64,000 bases of DNA. It comes from Neoconidiobolus thromboides FSU 785 (taxonomy: Eukaryota; Fungi; Entomophthoromycota). Where the stretch lies: the NCBI GenBank assembly GCA_025603075.1, contig MU626258.1, forward strand, positions 135,457 to 199,456, read 5' to 3'. The notes under the pieces are model-generated. The model was not told the origin of the DNA, searched no databases, and saw only the letters and a list, made by a program, of their open reading frames with translations. This document shows positions 27,126-38,100 of this stretch, piece by piece; position 1 is the stretch's first letter, and each line of letters starts with the position of its first letter. The position numbers were made by a program, and so were the translations under genes.

Positions 27126-28303
27126 ATGCGAAATACCACCAATAAAGCTCTACAACTCCTGTTTAACTGGATAGTCATTTTCAATGACATCAACCTTAAA
27201 GCTATTCAATGGAACTTAATCCTTGAAGAAATAACTCATTTTTTAGTTTCAGTGTCGATAGCTGCCCTCCCGCTCCTTTATATCTGTTTTTTCTTTTTAA
27301 ATTATTACTTTAAACTTTTTGTAGCTATATACACTATATACATGCTCCTCGACCCCTCCCCAAAGCGGGGTGGAAGAAGCAACTATTACTGTAAAACTAG
27401 TGCGTACTGGAAATATTACGCTACCTATTTCAACAGCAAGTTGATCAAAACCTGTGATTTAAATCCTGATAAAAAATATATCTTTGGATATCATCCCCAT
27501 GGATTAATTGGACTTGGTGCTTTGTGTAACTTTGCTTCTAATGGGACCAATTTTATGGACCTATTCCCAAACTTAAGTTTAAAAGTGGCTACTTTACCAA
27601 TCAACTTTTATCTGCCTTTTTATAGGGACTTCTTTTTGTTGATGGGCTTAATTGATTGTGATAAAAAATCCTTGAATTTTGTTTTAAATGAGTTGAAGCA
27701 ATCGGTTTTAATTGTAGTTGGTGGTGCTAAAGAAGCGATGATCTCTAACCCTGGTAAGGCTGATCTTATATTAAATGATCGTTATGGGTTCATCAAATTG
27801 GCTATTGTTAATGGGTAATTTATATTATACTATGTAATACTGTAACATAATACAATTTAACAATATGTAATTTATAGTGCTGATTTAGTACCAGTGTATA
27901 ATTTTGGCGAGAACCATTTATATTATATTTATGAGTTAAATCAAAATAAAATATTAAAATGGATTCAAACATATTTAAAAACGACGTACGGATTTTATCT
28001 ACCTCTGATTCAAGGACGTACCCCATTCACTGAGAACTGGGGGTTTATGCCAAGGAGAGTACAGTGTACTACCATAGGTAATCATAAAATATTATATTTT
28101 ATTATGCTGATAACTATCGTTTGCTTTATTTTTTGATAGTGGGCAAACCTATCAAAGTCAAACAGGAAGATGAACCTTCAGTTGAAACAATTAAGTATTA
28201 TCATGAGTTGTATACAAATGGATTAAAGGAAATCTATGAGGAATACAAAGAGCAATATCCTCCAGAAAAAGACATGCCCGTACCTGAATTGAAATTATAC
28301 TAA
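27126..28303 (+). CDS. DGAT2: DGAT2/MOGAT-family acyltransferase, copy 2 (3 exons)
   Basis: Contains FGYHPHG, VGGAKEA, RYGFIKLA, LVPVYNFGEN and VGKPI motifs, with the same two intron positions as copy 1. The ATG is at 27126, whereas the track starts at a GTG. Confidence 0.88.
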
Positions 28304-28674
28304 TATTTATTGTTTTTTATTAAATTATTGTGACATAAGATTTAGTACATCATAGTAATTTTTTCATGCTGCTTATTTTACTAGCATTTATTATTCTGAA
28401 CCAACATGTTTGATTCATAACTTATATTAAATTAGACTTAAATTGAAACAAAAAAGTACTTTTTGATAGATTGGATGTTTTTATTTAACTAAAATTGCTA
28501 ATAAAAATTTAATGAAATATTTTAATCTTATCAACAATCACAACAATTTAACTCAACATTTTATTTTGTTACATTAAATGACTTCCAACCAAATTAAGCA
28601 ATAATTAATTGGATCAACCTAACCTAGGAACTAGTTTTTATCGTTTAGTGTTAATAACATAATATAAATATATA

Positions 28675-29690
28675 ATGACTCAACAATATCATTAGTCTTA
28701 CCAACGAACTAAAATGAAACTCGAAAAAGAGCTAAGCTATGTATTAGCACCAAGTTTACTTTCTTTATAGAAACCTTGACCCATGCTATCTTTCCACTAA
28801 CTTACTTTGTTGCTTTATTTTTGTATTTACTTTTGATCTATTATAGTTCAGCCACAAGAATTCTAATGCTGTATGATAAGCAATGGGAATGAAGAGGGCA
28901 GAGCATTCGCTCTTTCTAAGACCTAAAATTCTGATATCGTTTAATCTTCGAAGAAGGGTTTGATCTTAATCATAGTTATATACTAGGCTACCTTCTCGAT
29001 CTCATCTTAGACGTCAGTGCCCTTTGTACCTTCATTACAAATCGTATTAAAAAGAAAACATCTTTGAAAGATTTTAACATAAAGATGGCTATATTGAATG
29101 TCGATTTTTATATTTCTTTTACAAGAGAGTTTTATTATAGGATGGGCTTGATTTCATGCTCGGAATTGTCTTTATTATATTTTTTAAACCTATTTGAGGG
29201 CAGTAATTGTTGTGTCTTGCCTATTAGTGGAGCTGAAGAGTCTTTACATGCGGACCCTACCAAGCTTAATTTAGTGTTAAAAAATAGCGCCGGGTTTGTT
29301 AAATTGGGTATTGAAATGAAGTAAGTTGCTCTTATAGATATGGGACAAATTAGTAGTTTATTTCGATATTTCATAGCATGTATTTAGTGCCCATCATCAG
29401 CTTTAGAGGAAATTATTTTACTGAGCCAATCAAGCTTGAAGATGAACAAGCTTGAAAAAGTTAAGAAATTTGCTCAAGGAATATATTGCTACTACTATTC
29501 CTTTATGTCACGGTTCCGATTTCGTTCATAGTAAAGGCTATTTGTCTAAAAGAAGGCAGCTGATCGTCATTGATCAGTAGTCTTTATTTTTTGTTTATCC
29601 TCACTTATTATTTCAGTTGGGAAATTCATTTCCATTGAGAAAGAATTGAACCCAAATAGAGAAAAAGTTGAATAAGATAATTTATATTGT
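28675..29690 (+). pseudogene. Degenerate DGAT2-family pseudogene
   Basis: Recognisable fragments (DKQWE*, YILGYLLDLI in place of GYHPHG, VLPISGAEESL, LVLKNSAGFVKLGI, VGKFISIEKELNP) are broken by stops and frameshifts. Confidence 0.8.
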
Positions 29691-30071
29691 GAGAAATTGA
29701 AAGGATTGTACTTGAAATATGCAGTAACATATCATCTTAAAGAGTTTGAGGAGACTCCTCAGTTGAATGTTATTTGAGTTATAAAATAAATTTTGCTTAT
29801 ATGAAATGGTTTTTAAAGTTAAATCTATGTGGGCTGGCCTATCATTGATCGTTTTATTTTCCCATATAATTAATATTATGTTGTTCAAAATATTCCTGTA
29901 CGAACATTTAAAATAATCATTTTTGTTTGATTCAATTACAATTTTATACTCCATTCTTTGGAATTTTAAACTTTTTAAACTTCCTAAACCAAATATTAAA
30001 CAATAAAATCAATGAAAACTTGTATGATAACAATATGCGAATATAAATTTCCTTTATTAATTATATTAAAC

Positions 30072-31628
30072 TTATTTGCTATTCTTAACCATTGCACAGG
30101 AAATCTCTCTTTTACCAGCATCTTTTGGAATCCAACCATTCTTAAGACCAAGTGAGTAATCCCATCCTGGATTAACACCATTTTCAGTTCTATATGTCCA
30201 AAAGAACCAACCACTACCTTCTTCAAAAGCATCCATTTGTGCTTCAACAAAGCTCTTTAAAAATTTCTTATAGTTATCAGTGAACCCTTTGTAGTTAATA
30301 AATTTATCGCATTTACATGTTGGGCAAGCAGGTTTGGCATCAAAAAAGGTGCCATCGTATTTAGCTCCATTACCAACCCCATTCAAATTCAAACCACAAT
30401 CATTTGGTGCTAACGAAAATTCGGCAGACACAGTCAAAGCAAAGTGCCCCTTACTTTCAATAAACGAATCTCTCCATCCTTGACAAGGAAATGCTATCAC
30501 ATTAGCTTCTGGCGCAGTTGCAAAGTTTGGATCAAAAGCTACATAGTTATGGGCATCAATCGCAATATTATTATAGGTAGGTTCAGGTAATTCCTTAGGC
30601 CATGTTTGCAATCCCTTAAATGCATCGTGATAAGATATGATCAAATCCTTATTATCTCCTGTAGCTTCTCTTATTAGCTTATAACTTTTTCTATAAAAAT
30701 CAGCAATCCCTTTAACGTTATTAGTTACAAAAGTATTTGGTTCATTGATAACGCCAATCATTGTAACCACATTACGGAACTCTTTTTTATTGAAATAAGT
30801 AACTACATCTTTAAGTACCTTTAAAAACCTTTCTTCATTCTTTGAACTATCTGGATCTTCAGGGTTAAGGAAACGAACCTTACCAGCTCTACCTGAATGA
30901 TTCCAACCATTTTGAGATCCAGGAACTGCATGAAAATCAAGCATTACTCTTATTCCATATTTCCTACACCATTGAATACTTCTCAATAGATATTTCCATC
31001 CACCATAAACAAATGGCTCGTCTTCTTCAATATCAATAGCCCAGTGACCAATTGGAATACGGACATGATTTAAGCCTGCATCTGCAATATCCTTAATATC
31101 ATCTTCAGTTATAAACTTATTGTAATGATTAGCCAACACTTTTTGGCACTTTTCTTTGCCTAACTCAGTACACAAAGACCATTCGTCTTCTACCGGTTTA
31201 CTAGTATGGTTGGAGTACAATGAAGGCACAATAAACGGTTCAGGCACCAACCAACCACCCAAGTTAACACCTCTCACTTTTTTAGTAGTATAATCAAATT
31301 TATCTTTTAATGCAACCGAATACGAGTTTGCCACAGCATCATTATCAAAATCACCTAAATCATTTGGTATTTTGGTCAAGTCAGGTTTTGTAAACACATT
31401 CATCTTAACGTTATTTTGAGTACCCTTTTTGGGGTCACTGCCACCATTATCCGAGTCTGGGGTTTCACCATCTTTACCGCTATCAATATTTGAGCTTGAA
31501 GTAGGAGAGTTCTGGTTCGGAATTACAACACCGAAAACGACCCCTAAAACAATGGCTAATACAACTACCAAGGCTACACTGCCTATTATCAACCATTTAA
31601 AACGCTGAATACATGTTCTTTGTCCCAT
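30072..31628 (-). CDS. GH5 exo-beta-1,3-glucanase-like protein with N-terminal transmembrane anchor (copy c)
   Basis: Contains VRGVNLGGWLVPEPFI, INEP, AEFS and GWFFWTYR, plus TM helix WLIIGSVALVVVLAIVLGVVFGVVI. Confidence 0.93.
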   Translation of the reverse strand: MGQRTCIQRFKWLIIGSVALVVVLAIVLGVVFGVVIPNQNSPTSSSNIDSGKDGETPDSDNGGSDPKKGTQNNVKMNVFTKPDLTKIPNDLGDFDNDAVANSYSVALKDKFDYTTKKVRGVNLGGWLVPEPFIVPSLYSNHTSKPVEDEWSLCTELGKEKCQKVLANHYNKFITEDDIKDIADAGLNHVRIPIGHWAIDIEEDEPFVYGGWKYLLRSIQWCRKYGIRVMLDFHAVPGSQNGWNHSGRAGKVRFLNPEDPDSSKNEERFLKVLKDVVTYFNKKEFRNVVTMIGVINEPNTFVTNNVKGIADFYRKSYKLIREATGDNKDLIISYHDAFKGLQTWPKELPEPTYNNIAIDAHNYVAFDPNFATAPEANVIAFPCQGWRDSFIESKGHFALTVSAEFSLAPNDCGLNLNGVGNGAKYDGTFFDAKPACPTCKCDKFINYKGFTDNYKKFLKSFVEAQMDAFEEGSGWFFWTYRTENGVNPGWDYSLGLKNGWIPKDAGKREISCAMVKNSK

Positions 31629-32159
31629 AGTAAGTAGCTTTGAGGTTTAATCAAATTAAAAGCATGTTTTCTTAATAAGCCTTTTATATTAGAAGAAAAT
31701 TCTATAAATAAATTTGTATTCTATAATTATCATAAAATTGTATTCAATTGAAAGTGTTAAATTTTGTCTACTTGGGTTTTATTGGCTAATAAAAGCAAAA
31801 GGTTGACTTTTCTCTTTTGGAAATATATTTTTAAAAAATTAAAACTTTCTGTTTTTAATTCTTAAAGTACTTTGTATAATTTAACTTTAATTTTTAAAAG
31901 AATTCTATGTTGTAATACCAGATTCATAGTTCTCATATATTTGTAAAATAGTCATATATGCAAAAAATTTTGCCCTAAATTTTTTGAAAGTGATAAAGCC
32001 TTAAATGAAAACTGAAGTTAAATGTAAAACTAAAAGATACATATATTTAGTAGTATGATAAATAGTGATATTACTTACATGGGAGTCTAATATACCAATC
32101 GGATAATCTTTGCATCATTAGTTTATAATAAATTAACGGAATATTAATATACAATATAT

Positions 32160-32257
32160 GGGAGTGTTTTTTTTGACTTCATTATTTTTTCCATTTTTAA
32201 GCGCTATTTAAGCGGAAAAATTGCTAGTAAAATTCTTAAACATAAAAATACATCCCT
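32160..32257 (-). mobile_element. MITE family M, copy 7
   Basis: GGGAGTG...CATCCCT termini, ATAT/ATAT flanks. Confidence 0.92.
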
Positions 32258-32880
32258 ATATTATTGTTATTGTAATTTTTTAATTTTAGATTTGGATTTC
32301 GGTTTCAGAATTAAATGAAAAGGAGTTCTATAAAAGGCTAATAATGAAATCAAAAGAAGACTAATAAGTTTTAATAAAATAAAGATATTAAAATTTTTAT
32401 AATAATATAATATTTTGAATTCCCCTTTATTTGTTCTTGGCTTGATCAGTGAATCAAAAATATAAATTTCATGTAGCATATTTAGAATTGCTCTTTGCCT
32501 TGAATATTTTTTTGTTTGAGTGAAAAAACTATTAGTAAAATCCTTAAAAAAATGTATTGCTATATATTTATTCATTTTTGAAAAAGCTGTATCATATTGA
32601 AGTATGACTAAACTGTATAAACTATATTTATTAAACATCATGAATTTGTTGAAAAGTAGGTTAAATAGTGTAACCATAGGTTTTTAAAACAATAAAATTT
32701 TACTGTTATTAGCAACTTAGTATAAGGTAATCATGTTTTGTGATTTTTGATATCATGAATTGTGAGTTAAGGTTGTTTATTAGATAATAAATAAAAACAA
32801 AGACTAAATAAATCTTCATATTCAACAATAATAGTCTTTATATAGAGCAACGTATTAAAATTTATAGTAAATTAGAAATT

Positions 32881-32981
32881 GGGGATGTGTATTTTTTGTG
32901 CTTAAGAATTTTGCTAATAATTTTTTCGCTCAAATAGCGCTTTAAAGATAGAAAAAGTAATGAAGTTAAAAAAACACCCCC
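32881..32981 (+). mobile_element. MITE family M, copy 8
   Basis: GGGGATGTG...ACACCCCC termini, AATT/AATT flanks. Confidence 0.92.
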
Positions 32982-33545
32982 AATTATTGCTTTTATTTAA
33001 TAAAATTTATAGCTTTAATTAGCTATTACTTTTATAGTTACTTTAAATTATTATATGACTTATAAAGAATTAGTTTTTTATTGTTTACACTAAAATGCTT
33101 TTTATACACTTTTCAATATTTTATTACTGTATTACTTTATAAAATGTGTTTATTATAATTTTTATACTTGGGTTATAGTTTTTCATCCTACTCTAAAACA
33201 CATCTTAAGTGTCATTTTAATCAAAAAGTTTTTTAGCTCAAGCTCCAAGCTCTTTACTGAAAACAGGAATTAAAAAGAAATTTAGAAATAAGTAACTAAA
33301 GATTTTTTCTGATATAATTTTAAAATTACAAAGTAAAATTAGCAAGAATGTTCTATCTACTTGTGTAAACCACTCTCTTATTTATATGGTAAGATATATA
33401 TCTATATTAAGCAACTATATTAACAAAGCATTGCTATAATAGCGTATTGTTAGTAAACAAAAACCTGAACTTGAGATTCTAACATATGATCTTTCAACTA
33501 TCAGTTAATAAGTTAATGCGTAGATAATTCTAATGATGAATAAAA

Positions 33546-33606
33546 ATAAAATATAAAATATAAAATATAAAATATAAAATATAAAATATAAAGTATAAAA
33601 TATAAA
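33546..33606. repeat. (AAAATAT)n heptamer tandem repeat, about 8-9 units
   Basis: Direct reading. Confidence 0.9.
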
Positions 33607-34346
33607 CATTTAATATTGTTTAAATAACCCAATCATCATTTTCTTATAAAGAAATCCGGATTTTCAAGTTTATTGAACCAATGTTTTTTAAAGCAGGTTT
33701 TTGTATTGGAACATTCAATTTAATATTGTAATGAACTGAGTTGATATACTTTTAACATATATTGAAACTTTTTTACACCAGTTTTTCAATAGTTCATATA
33801 AATCTTAGAGAATAAAAAACTCGGTGACTATAAATTACCTTTTATCAACAGTATTATCCGTACTTTAATGTGTTGAAATTATAATATTATGTTATCGAAT
33901 TTCATTTTGTAATAATCAAAAATAAGCAACTCCACACTTAAATTAGTTTAAATCATTTTATTTTATGATGCATTAAATTATATAAAAATTCAATATCTAA
34001 GGATTAGGGATAATTCGTCTTTAGCAATATAAACCTTACTATATAATTAAGTATAATAGGTATAAGTACATTTATATAATCATAAGTATTCAAACAATTA
34101 AATCAGTTTATTAATAAATCCTTCAGTATCAAGCTTTTAACTTAATATATAAATTTACCCTACCTTAATATATTAACAAGGCCATTTAATTATATGCGAT
34201 TTTTTCAGTGGTTAATCAGGTGATAATGTTTGATTTTATTGGACCAAGTGCGTTTAAGGTTGGTGGCTTCAAATTAGGGATAGCACCCTTTTATAAGTAT
34301 AAATAGAAACAGAAAAAAATGTTAATAGAAAAACTTTTAAACAACT

Positions 34347-34919
34347 ATGGCAGAGAAATCTTTACCTTATGAGCTTGTAATTCAATGCCTTATAAACTTG
34401 AACTATGATGTTTTATGGAACTGCAGCAAAGCAACAAGCCCAAAAGAAACTATATTTACAGAAGCTATAAGAATTAAATTATTGATGGAAAAGCCTTCCA
34501 TTAAGTTCCGCTATCGCCTAACTAATTTATGTCCTAGAGGAAACTGCTCTTCTTCATATATAAATAAGCCTTTTTGTAGCTGGGAGAAGGGAGTCCACTT
34601 AAAGTTTGATTCTCAGCATCAAAATTTAGAAATAATACCTGAGTGCCACTATTCTTCATTGATTAAGAAAGAAAAATCTAGCTTTAGGATAACTGCTAAC
34701 AATATCCAAAACGAAGAGTTAATTTTTAATCCACTGGTTGGCAATACACTAAAATTTGAGCCCAACAATCAATTTAATATGACATTGATGGTGGAATCCT
34801 GTAATATTGCTTCGGGAGAAGATATTCGTTTAAGGATAAATAGTATCAATGTCACACCAGAATTGCTGTTCTCAAATCCAGAGTTGTATGATCTTCAAAA
34901 TAATTGTTTTTACCTTTAG
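34347..34919 (+). CDS. Hypothetical protein with a possible N-terminal F-box-like motif
   Basis: 190-aa intronless ORF. LPYELVIQCLINLNYDVLWNCS resembles an F-box start; the rest is unrecognised. Confidence 0.55.
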   Translation: MAEKSLPYELVIQCLINLNYDVLWNCSKATSPKETIFTEAIRIKLLMEKPSIKFRYRLTNLCPRGNCSSSYINKPFCSWEKGVHLKFDSQHQNLEIIPECHYSSLIKKEKSSFRITANNIQNEELIFNPLVGNTLKFEPNNQFNMTLMVESCNIASGEDIRLRINSINVTPELLFSNPELYDLQNNCFYL

Positions 34920-35172
34920 TTATGTTTAATATGTACTTAATTTTTGATATCTAATATACAGTGGTTTATTTAATTGTGTTTTTTAATTTAATGTTATATT
35001 ATTGTTGAAATCTTTATCTAATATAAAAATCAGTCTTTAAATTTTGAGTTAATAGTAAAAGAATCAATTATCAAAAATAGTAATTAAAGCTTTATTATTT
35101 ATCAAAATTAAATATATTAATATAAATATTGAAATAAAAACATTTGATTTAAACTTTTCAAATACATTAATT

Positions 35173-38100
35173 TCAAGCAACAAGAGGTGGATAATTCTTA
35201 TCAAACTCTTCCTTTTCGGCTTGGTAGTTATTAGTAATCTTTTGCCACTCTAAAGCAGACTTTTTAGCTATTATTTGGAATACTATTACTACTACACATA
35301 CGCGTAGTTTTTTCCTGGCTTTTGCGGTTGTAGGGCTAAAGGATGGAGGTGGATCCTTTGTCAGAGAAGAAAAAATATTATATGATGGTTTTCCCATATT
35401 CCCAACTGGTTTATATATATTATCATCAGCGTCGAAACCCATATCTCTCAAATGTGCAATCATTCTTTGTTCTCCTTTTTCAAACCTTCGTATAATTATT
35501 GAGTGATACTTCTTTTGGAAGGCTAGGCTTAAACGAAAATCTCTTTCCCTATTCAGCTTTTCTTTTGCATATTTACTTTCTATCAGAAACTTGTAAGCTA
35601 TATCCTTATATGGGCGTCGATATGTGTATACTTCAGGTTCATCAGCTATACTAGAGCCAGGTCCCTGAGGTTGTGAAGTGAACGAACTTTTGGAATCCAA
35701 TATTAGTTGAGGCGTACTATCTTTAGGGGATGAAAGTATACTTTGGTGTAAAATTAAATATTGGTCATTAATCTTAAGACTACTTAATGACATATATAAG
35801 CGTTCGCCAAATTCAACTAATTCCTGATTAAACTGAGTGGTATTAACAATTTGGAGTAATTGGTCATGAAGTTGGCTACTAGATTTAACGACATTCATAA
35901 AATTTTCCAGCAGATTTCCTCCCTCAGGTAGAGTGCTCACATTATAAAGTTTATTTAGAGCTTTAGGCTTTCTTCCGTTATTTAAATAACCTTTCTTTTT
36001 AGATTGCTCGATGAGGGCGATATTTATTTGTTTGAGATCATCTAAATCTGTTATATTATTTATATTTTTTGCTGCTTCTACATCAAGTTTGAGCTCAAGA
36101 TATTTTACTCTATCTAGCAAATCTTTATTTTCGGCAGCTATCTTTTTGAAATCAGCTAAATTTATTAAATTATTGGCATTTTTTGTTGCTTTTTCGTCAA
36201 GTCTAAGTTCAAGATACCTTACTTTATCTAGCAAATCTTTGTTCTCTTTACTTCCTTTTTCTAAATTTTTATCCTTGATAATATTTTTCATTACTTCTTC
36301 ATTGATTCTGGCTTCAAGATAATTCACTTTATCTAACAAATGCTTATTTTCACTAACCACTTGCTTGAAATCATCCAAGCTTGTTAGGTCATTGACATTT
36401 TTTACTGCTTTTTCATCAAGTCTAAGTTCAAAAATCTTTATTTTGTCTAACAAATCCTTATTTGCTTCACCCTTTTGTTCCAAATTTCTATCATTGATGG
36501 TGTTTTTCAACTCTTCTTCGCTGATTCTAGTTTCAAGATGCTTTACTTTATCCAGTAAATCTTTATTTTCATTACTTTCTTTTTCCAAAGTTGCAAACAT
36601 TTCTTTATTTATATCTACCAGTTCATCTCTCTGTCTTTTATAAAACCTAATTACATTATCAGCAACTTTCTTTGCTTTTTCAAATTCTTTTACTTTATCT
36701 TCAATTTTTTCAGTCTTAGACTTATCCTCACTCGATAAAAATTTTACTGGTGGGTTTTTTTTATCAAATTGGGCTTTGTCCAATTCGGATTTCAAACGTA
36801 TAATTTCTTGATTTAATGAAATAACTTTAAAGTTCAATTTAGAATACTCCTCATTTGTTACAATCCCTTCTTGGTTTGTTAAACTTTCCCTTTTTTTAGT
36901 AATTTCATCTTTATTTTTTTGCATCTCGAAATTAAGTCTTTCAATCTCAGCCTGATACTTTTCTAAAATTTGGTCTCTCTTTTCAAGATCCTGGTTTAAA
37001 TTTTCTTTCTCGAGCATTAAAAAGTAAGCTTTCTTTTCCGCTTCTATCATTTGATGAAATTCTTGAGTATGAGTGGTAAGTAGTTGACATAAATCATCAA
37101 TCTTCTTTATAGTTTGTTCATCACCTTTTGGTGCCTTGTTTAAACTTTCTATATTCCGAGCCAAATTTGCCATCGATTTAGAATTCATTAGACTATTAGA
37201 TTGATTGTCCCTTTGAATTTCCATTGCTTTTAAATCAAGACATGCGTTTAGCCTTTGAACCAAGATTTCTAATTCTGCTACTCTGCTCTTAGAATTGAGC
37301 AACTTATCATTTAAATCCTTCAACTGTAAGTTTTCCATAACTAAGTTGTGATCATCGTTTTCCAAATAACTAAGCGAAGGCATATCAAATATCGATGAAT
37401 TGAAGGATTCTTCTTTTTCAGTCATTGACTCAAGCTTTTCCTTACTGTTGAATTCTTCATTTATCATAGCAATGGACTTTCGTTGTTTATTTGGGGTAGA
37501 CATTAAAGGAAATGTTTGCTTATTGCTTTCTTCTGTAAAAATATTTGATCCGGTTGGCAAGGTTCGTATCGATTTTTTCCCACTTGATAAAATAATTGTC
37601 TTTAGGCTACCAATATCCATATCCAAGGCTCTTCTTTGTTTTAAGAGCTCACTTTTGAGATTAAACATATTTGTAATTTCATCTTGGAGCATTTTATTAG
37701 AATCCTGTAGCTCTTTTTGCTTGCTTGTTAAAACTTGATCTTGCTTAACTAAATTTTCATAGTTTAATCCTGCCTTATTTAACTTAACGTCCATAGCCTT
37801 CGTTTTACTTGATAATGAGCGATATTGAGAATTAAGCTCACTATGCTTTAAAGTTAAATCTTCAAGCTCCTTTTTAAGATTAAGGTTCTGTGAATAAACG
37901 TTCTGGTATGCATTCCCATGCAATAAGTTCCTTATCTCCGATTCTCTTTGTGATTTTAATACTTCAACCTGATCCTTTAATTCTTTGTTTTCTTCTTCTA
38001 GGTAGTTGTTGCGCTGGCTAAGTATTGATCTAGCTTTATTTTCAGGCTCATATTCTCCTTTTAACCTGTTTAGCTCCTTTTCTAAAGAATCCTTCTGCTC

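Noticed and set aside
9173-31628. Intronless GH5 genes as evidence of horizontal transfer or retroposition
   Set aside because: Other native genes here (SPF30, the PACT protein, ECL1) are also intronless, and the GH5 motifs and base composition look fungal and host-like.
32267-32677. 136-aa track ORF on the minus strand
   Set aside because: It is composed of AT-rich-codon residues (F, I, L, K, N, Y), has no motif and lies between two MITEs.
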